A stretch of 56,342 nucleotides of DNA, counting the filler, from Sphacelaria rigidula (lineage: Eukaryota): the NCBI GenBank assembly GCA_964200075.2. It is 4 parts of 4 records of this genome, joined end to end, with 100 filler letters (N's around TTAATTAATTAA, not from the genome) between each part and the next. Parts side by side here need not be neighbours in the genome. Positions count along the whole stretch, not along the records: positions 1 to 14,017 come from CAXNAA020002512.1; 3 more parts are not named here. One strand, given 5' to 3'. Positions 1 to 12,300 of the stretch are shown here, piece by piece (positions within the stretch are counted from its first letter, which is position 1; every line of letters starts with the position of its first letter). The position numbers and the translations under genes were made by a program. The notes under the pieces are model-generated. The model was not told the DNA's origin and ran no database searches. It was given only the letters and a program-made list of their open reading frames with translations.

Positions 1-145
1 ATATTGGCGACATTGGCTAGAACAAACCCAGGCGTGATAATTCCCAGCTTCTCCTTGTGCTTGGCTTTTCCCAATTCGATTTACGTGAAGATTTTGCCTC
101 CCCAAACCATGCACTTTTTGAGGGGGTGCTATCGTAGAAAGTGTC
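1..145 (+). mobile_element. Partial copy of GACAC-TIR MITE family (cut by window edge)
   Basis: Near-identical to the distal half of the full copy at 406-654 and ends in the TIR GCTATCGTAGAAAGTGTC. Confidence 0.85.
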
Positions 146-278
146 GCGCTAGAGATATCTCAAATGAATTTGCCAACGGGGATGCCTTGACCTATATTCT
201 CGTGCAATCTAGAATCGTCAGGAGCCCCTGAACCAGACAAGAGTTCGCGCAAAAAGTGCACCCCTACCGTAGCATTAC

Positions 279-378
279 TCTGACCCTAACCCCAACACTA
301 ACTCTAACCCTAACCCTCACCATAGGGGTGTCTCAACTCCGATGCGGTCCCCTAAGCACGCGGTCCTTCCACGCATTA
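279..378 (+). repeat. Dispersed repeat carrying telomere-like (CTAACC)n; second copy ~47497-47595
   Basis: ctaaccctaaccc...cataggg(g/a)tgtc...tccgatgcggtcc(c/t)ctaagcacgcggtcct is shared by both loci. Confidence 0.7.
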
Positions 379-405
379 CAGAACTGCACAGGTGAAGCAT
401 TCAAG

Positions 406-654
406 GACACTTTCTACGATAGCCCCCCCCGAAAACCAGCTAAAAGTGTCACGAAAAAAATAGCCATACAGCGCCTGGTGTTCGAGTTCAGGCTTCATGA
501 AGCGCCTCATATTGGCGACATTAGCTGGAACGAACCCAAGCGTGGGAATTCCCAGCTCCTCGCTGTGCTCGGCTTTTCCCATTTGGATTTACGTGAAGAT
601 TTTGCCTCCCAAAACCATGCACTTTTGTGGGGGGGGGCTATCGTAGAAAGTGTC
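406..654 (+). mobile_element. Complete 249-bp MITE, TIR GACACTTTCTACGATAGCCCCCC, 4-bp TSD CAAG
   Basis: Perfect ~24-bp terminal inverted repeats; CAAG at 402-405 and 655-658; homologous copies at 1-145, 53016-53370 and 56199-56342. Confidence 0.9.
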
Positions 655-1052
655 CAAGACGTGTTCACACGACCGGCGAAACGATGCTCGAAAACTATTA
701 TACTAAGACTATAACAAGACTACACGAATGACACGTTCAATCTCTGACGGATGGACTTTGTCACTGAACAACAGTATACCGGTATATCATATATGTTGTG
801 TGTGGTGCCAACAGCTCCCTACATCTGGGGGAGGGGGGGCCTCCGGAAAATATGGAGAACATTGCATTCAAAATCCCCTTTTCCCGTCACATTCAGGGGT
901 ATGTATTATCCTCCCGGCTAAAAGTTTGTCTGCTGGCAAGGGTCTATCAGGAGAAGAATTTCAGACACGGAGCCCCCCCCTCCCGGAGGGCAATTGTTTT
1001 ACAACTAACTGTGATGATGTTTTGTATTTGTTTGGTAATGTTTTTGACGAAC

Positions 1053-1912
1053 ATATTTGCTTCTTCTCCTTGCCCGCTCTAGGATGATCTCGGATGCCGG
1101 CCACCCTCACACATGTATACACACGAGCGCACGGTAGCGACAGCCGGCAGCCAAACTTGCTCGGACTAGTGGTACAGTAGGCACTCGAGGCCCACGACAC
1201 ACAACATGATCCTATAACCGTAATCATGGTAAGTTGTGCGAGGGGCCCCACAACGGGAAATGGCTGCACCACCGCCTATACACTGTACCACCTCTACGTA
1301 ATCAAATGTAATTACCGTGAGATTAATACACGTGCGGTGCAGTGCAGAAACTACTATCGCCATCATCCAGCGATCAGGGGGTACTCCCCCCCCCCCCCAT
1401 AGCCTCATAGAATCGGGTCCCCCTCCTCCCCCCCTCCTTCAACCCCAAAATGAGGTGTTTGCGGCCTGGGGGGGGGTGTACTCATGATCATGCTTGCCAT
1501 AGTCATCAGACCATTGACCTCGCATCCCTACAAAGCCGGGACGGAGCACGCCGGGTTTTCGCCGGACCAGGCTCCAGGTGTTTGCGGCCTGGGGGGCGGT
1601 TTTGTAGCCATTTCCCGATATGGGACCCCCTGTTTTTGAAGAAGTTTATCAAGAAACACTGACAAAAATCGAAAAGTCTGGTGAGCTTTGCGAGGTTCGT
1701 ATATTTGCTTCTGATCCTTGCCCGCTCTACGATGACCTCGGATGCCGGCCACCCTCACGCACATGTATACACACGAGCGCACAGTAGCGACAGCCGGCAG
1801 CCAAAGTAGCGACTTTATCTTACGCTTCGCCAAACTTGCTCGGACTACTGGTAGGTACTCGAGGCCCACGACACGGAACATGATCCCATAAACGTAATCA
1901 TGGTAAGTGGTG
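1053..1912. repeat. Two direct copies of a ~190-210 bp repeat (1053-1238 and 1701-1912)
   Basis: atatttgcttct...ggatgccggccaccctcac...gtagcgacagccggcagccaaa...cgtaatcatggtaagt in both; copy 2 has an extra ~28 bp bounded by gccaaa microhomology. Confidence 0.85.
1474..1575 (-). mobile_element. 5'-truncated LINE 3' end (family B, GCEVNGLMTMASMIMST) with 21-bp TSD
   Basis: TSD aggtgtttgcggcctgggggg at 1453-1473 and 1576-1596; element ends ...CATGAGTACA next to a C-run; same end at 55822-55908. Confidence 0.8.
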
Positions 1913-2199
1913 AACTTGGGGGGGCGGCGTGTCCACCATCTCATCGGTCTCCACACCAAGGGCCTCTGAAGACGATAGCTGAGCGCACCCGCCAACGCCT
2001 CGGCAATAGACTAGGTAGGGGACATCAGGCTACCCCTCCCCCTCAAAAACTCGAATTGTTAATTTTAAGCACCAAGAAAGCGGTTCGTGAAAACTCCCAG
2101 TAGTTGTCGCCGAGAGCGCTGCTTGACACTGAAGAGCTGATTTGTGCATCACCCCTTGTACTGGTTAAGTATAGGCGCTTAGTTCGCCGCCACACTTCG

Positions 2200-2540
2200 T
2201 GCAACGATCGAAAGATTCTTCGCATTAATGCACCGCTATACATTGAGCAGGGTATGCAAGTACGTCGCATATAATGCCATGCATTCCTAACACGTTCTGC
2301 CCATCAATACATTGAATTCGGGTGAAGGGAATCAACCCGCTGGGATTTCAAATAATCGTACGGTGGTGTTTTTTCTGTTTCAGAATGTATGTTCAACGAC
2401 TATAATACCTCGTCGAAATGTTGACCCCTTGACCGCCAGGGTTGGCAACCAGGGTCACGCAGTAACTTTTCGCGTGAGAGTAGAAGCCGATTCTATACAC
2501 GGCTAAAAAGCTGGCTTTTAATCAAAATGTATACTCTCAA
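2200..2540. repeat. Diverged dispersed repeat; inverted homologue at ~41250-41580
   Basis: aaccagggtcacgcagtaacttttcgcgtga...acggctaaaaagctg matches the reverse complement of 41280-41347. Confidence 0.65.
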
Positions 2541-2584
2541 TGTGGCGAGAATGTTGTTTCACCTGTCCATGTAAAAACATACCA

Positions 2585-2784
2585 AGGGCAGGTCGAGTAG
2601 AGTATACTCAATTGTGGGAGATTTTGAAAGTCGTACTTGAAGTACACAACTTGGGGGTAGGGTTTACGGACCTATTTACAGTTATTTTTTGGGTACGACT
2701 CGTAACACTCTACCCTAAATTGAGTACCTCAAGAACGTCTTTCAAAACATCCCGCAATTCAGTATACTCTACTCGACCTGCCCT
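2585..2784. mobile_element. 200-bp foldback MITE, possibly PIF/Harbinger type
   Basis: TIR agggcaggtcgagtagagtatact / agtatactctactcgacctgccct, arms pair imperfectly for ~85 bp; flanks cca/tca suggest a 3-bp TSD. Confidence 0.8.
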
Positions 2785-3139
2785 TCAAACATACGTCGTA
2801 CAACAGCCGGTCAATGAGATAAGCAGTATAGCCCAACGATACGGTTCGTCCTTAGATAAAACGTTTCCTTTTTAAACGAGAAAAGAAGCGAAAATGACAC
2901 CGATTTTACAAACAGACAGTCAGCGCCGGAGGTATCCGTTAGTGAAATCGGCATTATACTCACTTGAGAAGCTACTACGTGACCCAGACTACCAACCCTG
3001 GCGATCAAATGGTTAGCATTCCGAAGAACTAGTCGTTGGATACATTATCTGAAAGCAAACAGACATCAAGATACGATTCTTTGAAGTCGCGACGGGTCGA
3101 TACCCTCCACTCGCGTTCATCATATTAGTTGTAAGAATA

Positions 3140-5770
3140 TTTTTGGAATACATGCCATTATTCGCGACATACAGAGACACCCGGAATGATGATGGTAGAC
3201 GCATACTGAAATGCGCAGCGGAACATGAAATGGCCATCATCAACACATGTTTTTCGCACGCCAACTCGTGGGGAAAGCTCGACTACATACACGTGTGCGG
3301 AGCCGAAGGTCGAACACCGGTGGCCCCTGGACTACATCTAGTACGCCAGCAACTCTGCCTATTCATCCGAAATGTCACTGTGCACTCCGAGATGAAATCG
3401 GACCATCGACTGGCCTCAGCCCCCATCCGTCTCCTTGCATGGAGCACACCCAACTGCCGACCGAAACCGGGAGGCGGGTTCTGGGGAGTGCGTTTCGATC
3501 GCAAAACCCTCGTATCCGACCGACGCTGCAGAGCGACTGTCTCACAGGCCTTGTCGCCAAGCTCCCGAATGCCACCAATTCCACCGCAGTAATGGACGTC
3601 AACGCCATGGCATCCACTTCGGCACCCTGGGACAAACGGTCGCGGATACACTCCCTTCATACCCGAAGAACTCCATCTAGAGGTTTCAGTGGGACACCTC
3701 AGGCTCAGGATCGCCTCCAAAAGGCGTGGAATCTCAGGGAACGTGTGTGGAAGAAACTACGCGCCAACCCCTAAGACCCTGTCCTAGAGAAGGCGCTGAA
3801 GGTGACGAACAAAGCGTTCAAACGGGTGAAGGATGCTGAGCTGCAGAATCCCGTTCACAAGTTCACAGTCCGGATAGCAGAGTTCGTTCGCGAGAAGCAT
3901 CAAGTAGGGATGTACTAGCACATCAAGCCCATGAAACTGGAAGGGAATGGGGAGTGCGACTCAACCTACATCAGGAGTGCCACTGGCGAGCTGTTGCGGG
4001 ACAAGCAAGCTATCCTTCAACAGTGGAAGAAGGGGTTTAAAACACTTCTGATTGCAACCTCGCCTACGATCGACCACTCTGTCATTGATCTCGTCGAAGA
4101 GATGCCGGAGCACGCACCGCTCGCGACCGAGTCCTAGATGGAAGAAGCGAAGGAAGCGTTGGACAAGCTGGTGAATGGTAAGGCCGTTGAGGCGGGCGCC
4201 ATCTGTGGCGAACTGTTGAAGCTCGGCTGCATCGAAGACTCCACCATCCTGCAGTGCCTCCACAACATCGTGCTCACCGTATGGTGTCAGGTAGTAGTGC
4301 TGCAAGAGTGGGAGCACACCATCATCAAGACACTTTTCAAGAAACAGGATCCGCACGAATGCGGTAATTGCCGTGGTACCTCTCGGGTCCCCCGTGGACA
4401 AGGTGGTGCTTAAGATAGTTGCGACTCGCCTCACTACCTACTGCGAGTGGAAGTAAATCTTCCCATAAGCGCAATGCGATTTCAGACCTAGCCGACCGAC
4501 AGACGACATGATGTACGTTGTTTGCAGGCCCCAAGAACCAGCCAGATAGAGTAGTCTTCCACTGTACAGGTGCGTCATCGACCTCCAAGGTATACGACTC
4601 AGTAGACCGCTCTCATCTCTTGAAAGTATAGCACGCTGCGGTATCCCCGCCAGGATGATTTTCATCATCCACCAGTTCCACGACGGCATGCGGGCATGCG
4701 TACGCCTTGACAGCGGCCAGACATCTGAGTGGTCGATACGGTAACCAGGGCCTCCGCCAAGGCTGTGTTCTTCCCCCGGTTTGTTTAACATCTTTTTCGC
4801 GGCGGTGCTGACGGCAACGTTCGACCACTTCTCGTTTAATAAAGCGGTGTCGCAGGACTTCATCTGTATCACTGAAAGGAGTGGGAAGATCAGGGCCGAG
4901 CTTAGCAAGGTGTTTCGGGCCATGCTATACGCCGACGACGCTGGCATTGCAACGCGGTCTCAAGTAAGCCTGGCGAAGATGATGACGGCCGCCGTCGAAG
5001 TATGTGCAGCATGCGACCTCGTTGTGGGGGTAAAGAAGACAGCTACCATGCACACGTTCTCCCCAAACATGAAGGCGGATATGATCGAGGTGGAGGCTGC
5101 GGTTCGAAGATACAAGCAAGAAAGTCTTTCCTCTACCTCAGCGAAAAACTCAACAGCATCGGTGATGTCACTCCTGTGGTCCATAGCCGCGTTGACCAGG
5201 CCTGGACGTGCTTCTACAAGTACAGCAGAGCGGTATACGACAACCCGTACATCACCCTGGCCACCAAGGCTCATCTCCTGAAGACTGAAGTGATCGTGTT
5301 AACACTACACGGCTGCGTGACCTGGATGATCGCACACGGCAAGTCCGGCGCGTTACCGGAGGCCCATGAAGGATTTCTACTGAGGTGCCTCAATAAGCAT
5401 ACCTAAAGCCGCAGCGTCCCTGACTACCACATGCTGCCATACCACGAAGTCCTCGAAAGAACTACCTGCGAGTGCTAGAAATTGTTCGCTGTGCATGATG
5501 AGACTGATCTTCCTAAACGCCGGCCGTGTTCTTCGCATGAACGACGGACGCCTCCCCAATATCGTCATGCGTGGAGGTATGGTCGGAGGAAAGGCGAAGG
5601 CCGGCCGATCAGCAAGACGACTGCAACACTGTGTCACGGAATACTGTTCTAACTCCGGTATTCACGCGATATCGTAAACGCACGTTGCCCAAGATGTGTC
5701 CGAATGGTGCTAAACCGTAAAGGGGAGGGAGCTGGATGCACACGGCTGCCTGGACCAAAGCACGTCATGC
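3140..5770 (+). mobile_element. Decayed RTE-like non-LTR retrotransposon (AP-endonuclease C-terminus + reverse transcriptase)
   Basis: Fragments RNDDGRRILKCAAEHEMAIINTCF, LDYI, SDHRL; ECGNCRG; FNIFFAAVL; LYADDA; AGRVLRMNDGRLPNIVMRG; many stops and frameshifts. Confidence 0.9.
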
Positions 5771-6484
5771 TAGAAATTGTTCGCTGTGCTGCCGATAGAG
5801 TCCCCCCAGTGCCTACCGAGGACCTCCGAAGAGTAACCAGTAGCCCGCCGCGTAGTATACTCGCTAGTGTCTCTGTCGTCCTCCGAACTGATTTGGTGGC
5901 TGTCTACTTGCGCCCGCTTCAACCCTCTCTGCATCTACTGTCGCGCCGTCCAACCCTGCGCCTTCGTCGCAGCAGGACCGCCCACAGTTGGGTCCGGAGC
6001 ACTGTCCACCCGGGCTGCTCCCGCATATTTTCATGGACCATGGCCGCACTGCCCGAGAACAACTCATTCGTGAGTATGCTGACCACGCGCCAGCCATGAT
6101 GAATGATTCAGTCAATCGGCAACGCAACACGGATGCAGCGGCGTCTACATTTTCTATCGAGGAGTATCATGCTCCTCTCCGCGAACAAGAGGAGGAGCGC
6201 TCACGCGCCTCTCACGCCGTAGCCGCTCCTCGCCCCCACCGCACGCCATCCCCACCCCCCCCCCTACTTCGACCGCCAGCTCAGACACCAGTGCCGAACT
6301 GCGCCGCTTCTCCATCCACTGCGATGACATCAGCTTGGCTAGCGCTCGCTTGACCGCTTCAGAGCGCCGTCGCTTCCTACTTGGACCATGACGGGATCTG
6401 TCCTTCCGATGGTTCCCTTTCGCTCACCATTGGTCATTTATTCCGCCACATCGAACAAACCACCACCTCCTACGAACTGTCATT

Positions 6485-8341
6485 GTGGAGCTCTTCGACG
6501 CGTTGCGCGCCGCCTCCAAATCCGCCAAAGCTCACGCTGATGACAACTGGACCCCGGTGACTTCTCGTCGCCGACGCCACAGACATGATGTTGCCGATCT
6601 TGAGCGCAACCGCCGCGGTGATTCTCACAACCATCACGGAGGATCAAGCTCCTCCTCTGGGAGGGCCCCACCACACCGTGTAAACCGTCCCACCACCAGG
6701 TTGACCAAGACACACCAGGGTGGCGCCTCACCGAGCTCTTCTTCCACCAAGGCCAGGATTCGGTCTGAAACAAACTCGCCTGCGTCGGCTTCTGCCAACC
6801 TAAGTCGCGCTATATCGCGTTCAGCAAATGTTTCGCGTCAGATTTTAGGCCTTTTGGACGACAACTCGGATAAACCGGTATCTTCCACTTCGGCTCGCAC
6901 TCTGGCTGCCTCTGCGGCCGAGCGAGAGCAAGCCGCTGCTAGTGCAGCAGCAGCCGTCGCTCGAGCGAAATCCGCCCGCGCCGCCGCCATCCAGAGAGAA
7001 TACATCCAAATTGACATGAAAAACCTTTAGCATGTGAAACCCATGCCTGCAGCAGACAACGAAGACTCGGGACAATTCACTTCTGCTCTCATCACCTCTG
7101 TACGCCGCACTCTTCGAAACATCCTTGCTCAGCGTTTCGAAAATTCTAACTGGGTTGATGGTTGGTAGACTCCTCTCCACAAAGCTCTGCACCGCGCCAT
7201 CAACCGCCGCTCGCCCGACACTGCCGTTGCTTTGACACAAGTCCTTGATGGTTTCATGGCCGCTATGGATGCAGACCGCACCTCGGGGAAGTCAGGCCCG
7301 GATTTACTCCGTGATCTGGAGCGCCGCTTGACCGGCTACTTCGATCACAGCACTCAAGGGAGTGCTATCCAACGAGTTAGTTATTTTGGTGTCGCAACAG
7401 ATGTCCCCTTCGTGGACTACCTCCGAGAATTGAAGCTTCTCGTTTCCAGTACTATGGGAGTAGGTCGCCAGGCTGGCCCATCAGACGCAATGTGTCAATC
7501 ATATGTGAGGAATAGTGTTTCCGAGCAGTTCCCGGCACTAATGCCGTCGCTGTTTCCAGGTGCTTTAGCCCACCGCGAAGTGCCTTATCCCTCTGTGGAT
7601 GCGATGTGGAGCGCGTTTGTTCATCAAGAAAATAATTTGACGCCAGCCATTCGCGGCGGCAAGTATGCTTGAGCTCCTTCCCAGTCTGCTTCTGAGCCTT
7701 CTTCGACCCCTTCAGGGTCCCGTCACCGGTCTCACACTTGGCTTCGTTCCTCGTGGGTGCCCGCCTCCGTGGCCGGCTCTGTCATGAGCGTTGCAAACAA
7801 TAGAGATCCTTTCAGCGCCAGTCTTGACGGATGGCCGTACTCCGCCGAGACTTGGGATGATGTCTACACTGTATCTACGTCTGCGTTTACTACAGATGAC
7901 CCACATCTGTGGAACCCCCTCCTCTCGTCTGCTGCCAGACACGAGGCCTTCAGCCGCCACGCAAATAGTTGCATCAATTGTAACACCCAGGGGCACAGTA
8001 TGCGCGATTGTACGTGCCCTTGTATCAACTCTTTCGACCTCATGAACTCTGAGCTGCACGACAATGAGCCAGCATGGCGCCGATGGCAGAAATGCATTCG
8101 TGAATACTGCACACCCAACCGTCATTCTCGCCACCCTTTCAACAACCGCGACAACACTCGCTCGAATCGCGACAGTCACCCCAACAACTACGACAATTCT
8201 GGCTCCCGGCGGAGAGAAACTTCTTCTCACCGTCACCGGAATTCCGCCGATAGACACCAGCGCACGGGGCCGAATCACAATCACTCGAACCCCAACGCCA
8301 GAAACCCTGGTTCCTTCATGACTAACCGTACCGATCCATGA
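6485..8341 (+). pseudogene. gag: Gypsy gag (interrupted)
   Basis: ORF pieces 6485-7030, 7232-7672 and 7757-8341 with zinc knuckle CINCNTQGHSMRDC (C-X2-C-X4-H-X4-C). Confidence 0.8.
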
Positions 8342-9357
8342 CATGCCGACGCCGGCGTTTTTACGTCTTCGGCGCCGCTGATAGCACACACGAAGACTAT
8401 TTCACACCAACCGCGGAACGAGTGACAAACCTTCCTCGCTCAACCTCCCCGGCACTGTGCAGGAGTACTAATGACGGCCGCTCATATCGACCCCCGTCTT
8501 CACCTCTTCGCACACAGCGTAACAGTTGCGTTGACTCACAACTTAGCCCTACCCTCGGCTCTGGACTTGGCCCTCCGGAACTGAGCGTAAATCTGAGGTG
8601 TGGAAACACCAACCGTCTGTCTCTGAGGCAAAGGCTTCCCTCAGCGACCGCACGCACAGGCAATGGTGTAATTCATTCGACTGGTTCAAGTATCACTGGT
8701 CAGAATTTGACCGCTTCGGACCAGGTAACATCCACCCCGGTTGAACGAGTTTATCCTTCGCGTTCATTACACCATGCGAAGCTACCCCTGAATGGTTCCC
8801 ACATAAACCATCCTACTATACCTTCGGCTATGACTCCTTAGCCAAGCATGCCTGCGGACTGTCCACAAGCTTCGCCCGAGCATGCCCCAATGCTGACCCC
8901 ATCCACTCAACTGGACGCAGTTGAGTTTTCCCCAAACACATCGGAAGTTCCCCGCCCTTTGCAACGGCGAGGGAGGAAGCCCCGTGAACATGCCCCCACT
9001 GAAGCGCGCGCATCAACACGTATACCTCCATCGAGTGGAAATCTCGACCTCACTCTCTCCAAAATGCGACGACTTTGAGCTCGATGAATTTATCAAGTGT
9101 ACTAGAAGAATCCAAATCAGATATTTGGGATTTTTTACCTCTTCTGCGGACTACACCGAACAAGATGGATCTACTTTAGACGTTGATCCCTGCCTTCCCA
9201 ACACGATCATATATGGAATTGCTAATGACCAACCGAGCTGTGCTCACTCTGGGGACTACACATCATCCATCAAACTTTCTGGTGAGAAAGTTAACCCCCG
9301 GCGGATCACCCGCCCTCCGTTTTCGCCGTCAGCACTACTGATTCCGATCAATTTACC

Positions 9358-12300
9358 TTGGCTGAACATGGTCCGGATCTTGTCGGCGGTAAAGTGTCTG
9401 TTGATCCTGCCACTTTTACTACTCGCGTAGCGCTACATTCTGGACCATACGCAACCACGACTGCCAAATGCGTCTCCTTGTTAGACAGCGGCAGCCCACA
9501 AACATTTATCCGTGAATCAATGTGGGAACATATGAAACAGGTTGGTGCTGCTTCATCAACTTGCGAAATCACCACCAAACCTCGAGTATAGGGCGGTTTT
9601 GGTGACTCCACCGCACCTTTGACCACACGAATATCAGTTCGTCTCAGTGTGCGATTCTTTCACAACACAACTCCTTCTGCCAGCCTTGCAGTCTGGGCAT
9701 ATGTTGTCCCCGATAGCACCATAGCTCACGCCTTACTCATGGGCCGAGATAGTTACATGCGGTTTGATCAACGGACCTACCGCATACTACCACCATTATC
9801 GCCACAGTCTGCGCCGCGTGGAGAACTCAGCCTTGAACATTTCGGTAGTCTTCACGGCGCCTTGGCCTATGAAAAAAATGAACAAGCTACCGGAGCTGCT
9901 TACCACCTCCGATAAGATGGTACTGCTGGTGTTACCCTCTCCGATGATCCTCAACTGCTAGAAGTTGCCCTTGTTCGCCGAAATGGCATGCCTGCCCTTA
10001 CGGGACATCACCTCGCTGAAATGCTTCCTCGGGTTGGTGCGCCTGCCGGCACAGAACACTTTGTCTCCGCAGGGAAATAACTTTTGCCACTCACGGGTCA
10101 CGCTAACTTGGAACCAGGAGATGTTTTGGGTATTGCTGCTGCTCCCCTCATGCACATTCTACTTGAGACATGTGCCACTGAACCCTCTACGCCCAACTCG
10201 GTGCCTCCGACAGACGGTACTGTCAATCGCGTCAATGAGCCTTACTTCGACCTCTTCGTCTCCACGTATTCACATCATGGACCCTGCACCGTCAACGTCC
10301 GACCCTCCCGCCGAAGTGCTACAACGCCTATCGGCAGAATCTCGGACAAGTTTCTTGCACATGTGGGATCAACTTCCATCCCATTTACGTGACATCAACT
10401 TTGACCTACATGGACCCGGTTGGGAACCCGCTGTAATCAAATAATTGAGCGATATTTTATTGAAGTACCAAGACCGATTTTTTCGATCCAAAACGGATCT
10501 AGGGCATTGCAAAACGCTGCCCTTTAAAATCACCCTTCAACCTGGCGTTTCGCCAATCTCTTCTCGACCGTATCGGACGAACCCCATCCTTACCAAAACA
10601 GTTAACGCCATTTTAGATGCGTACTTAGGTGCCGGATTAATCCAACACTCCTCTTCTCCGTGGGCTTCACCGCTAGTGGTAGTCCCCAAAAAGGATGGAA
10701 ACATACGCATCACCGTGAATTATAAACGGCTAAATCGCGTTACTGTGGTGGGAAAACTTCCCATTCCTCGCATAGACGAAGTCTTCGACTCTCTAGGCGA
10801 AGGCAAAATATTCAGTACTTTTGACCTCGCTTCAGGGTTTCAACAGGGAATCTTACAAATTGGGGATGGATCATTTATTGGGGATGAGAAACCCAGAGGA
10901 ATAAAATCTTCGTATCCGCACCAAATATTCGAAATATGGTTCCATTTCTTCACCTACTGATAGTTATTGACAACTGCTACACGCCATAGAAACTTGGATT
11001 TCGATCACCGAAATATTGGGGTCCTAGGTGAAAAAACAGTTTTGTGGAATTCCGGGTGTCCGAGCGGACGCCAAAATGGTCCCGAAATTGTTTTTTCACT
11101 TAGGACCCCGACTATTCGGTGATCGAAATCCAAATTTCTATGGCGTGTAGCAGTTGTTAACAGCAATCCGTAGGTGAAGAAATGGAATCATATTTCGAAT
11201 ATTTGGTGCGGATACGAAGATTTTAATCCTCCGGGTTTCTCATCCCCAATAAATGATCCATCCCCAATTTGTAAGATCCCGTGTTTTTATCCAGAATGCC
11301 ATCCACCCTGATACAGTGCCACTGACAGCGTTCTGCACATCTTCTGGGCTCTACGAATGGCGACGTATGTCACAAGGTGCCGCCACTGCACCAGGTTGTT
11401 TCCAACGCTTAATGCAACGCGCTACAGAGAATCTCGAACACGTCATCATGTACTTGGACGACACTATCGCCTTCGATGCCTCCCCGCTTGCGCATGTGCA
11501 CACCTTACGAGAGTTTCTTTCTCGACTGCGGAAACATGATTTGAAACTGTCTCCATCCAAAGCTCGCCTTGGCGTGACTGAACTGGATTTTCTGGGACAC
11601 CCAATTTCACCGACGGGTCTACACCCCGAAACCAACAAAGTCAGGGCAATGACTGAATTGCCGATGCCCACAAACCTTACTCAGCTCCGCTCATTATTAG
11701 GTGGACTGTCCTCCTATCGCAATTTGTTGCCTAACCTGTCCAAACGGATTCGCCCCATTACGGACTTGCTTAAAAAAGGCCCCGGGTTTGTCTTCACCAA
11801 AGATATGGAAGCCATCGTGCGCGACTTGCTGAAAACGCTCACCGAAAAACCGGCCCTTTGTTTCCCAGACTGGGATGCCGTACAAGACGGCTCTCGCCTC
11901 TTTCACCTACATACAGACGCGAGCACCGACGGGTTCGGCGCCGTCCTGAATTAACCTCAACTCGATGGCTCTATTCGACCCATCCTCTATATCAGTCGCG
12001 CCACTCTGCCAAACGAGGCCAATTGGAGTCCACTGGAGCTGGAAGGCGGAGTCATCACTTGGGCCATAAAGCGCCTTCGACAATATTTGTTCCATGTGAC
12101 TTTCCAAATCTACACGGATCACGGAGCACTTGAACAACTCGCCAAAGTTAACGAACATAACCCGCGTGTGCAACGCTGGTTGGAGTTCCTGACAGCTTAT
12201 CAGTATACTGTCAAACACCGCCCTGGCAAAACCAACGGGAATGCTGACCTTCTCTCCCGCTTGCCCCTCCCTCCAACGGCTGTTGATTTCAGCCCCGCTT

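Noticed and set aside
5790-5905. 5' LTR and PBS of the Gypsy element
   Set aside because: No CA end, TGGTGGCTG lies in an apparent reading frame, and there is no second copy to compare
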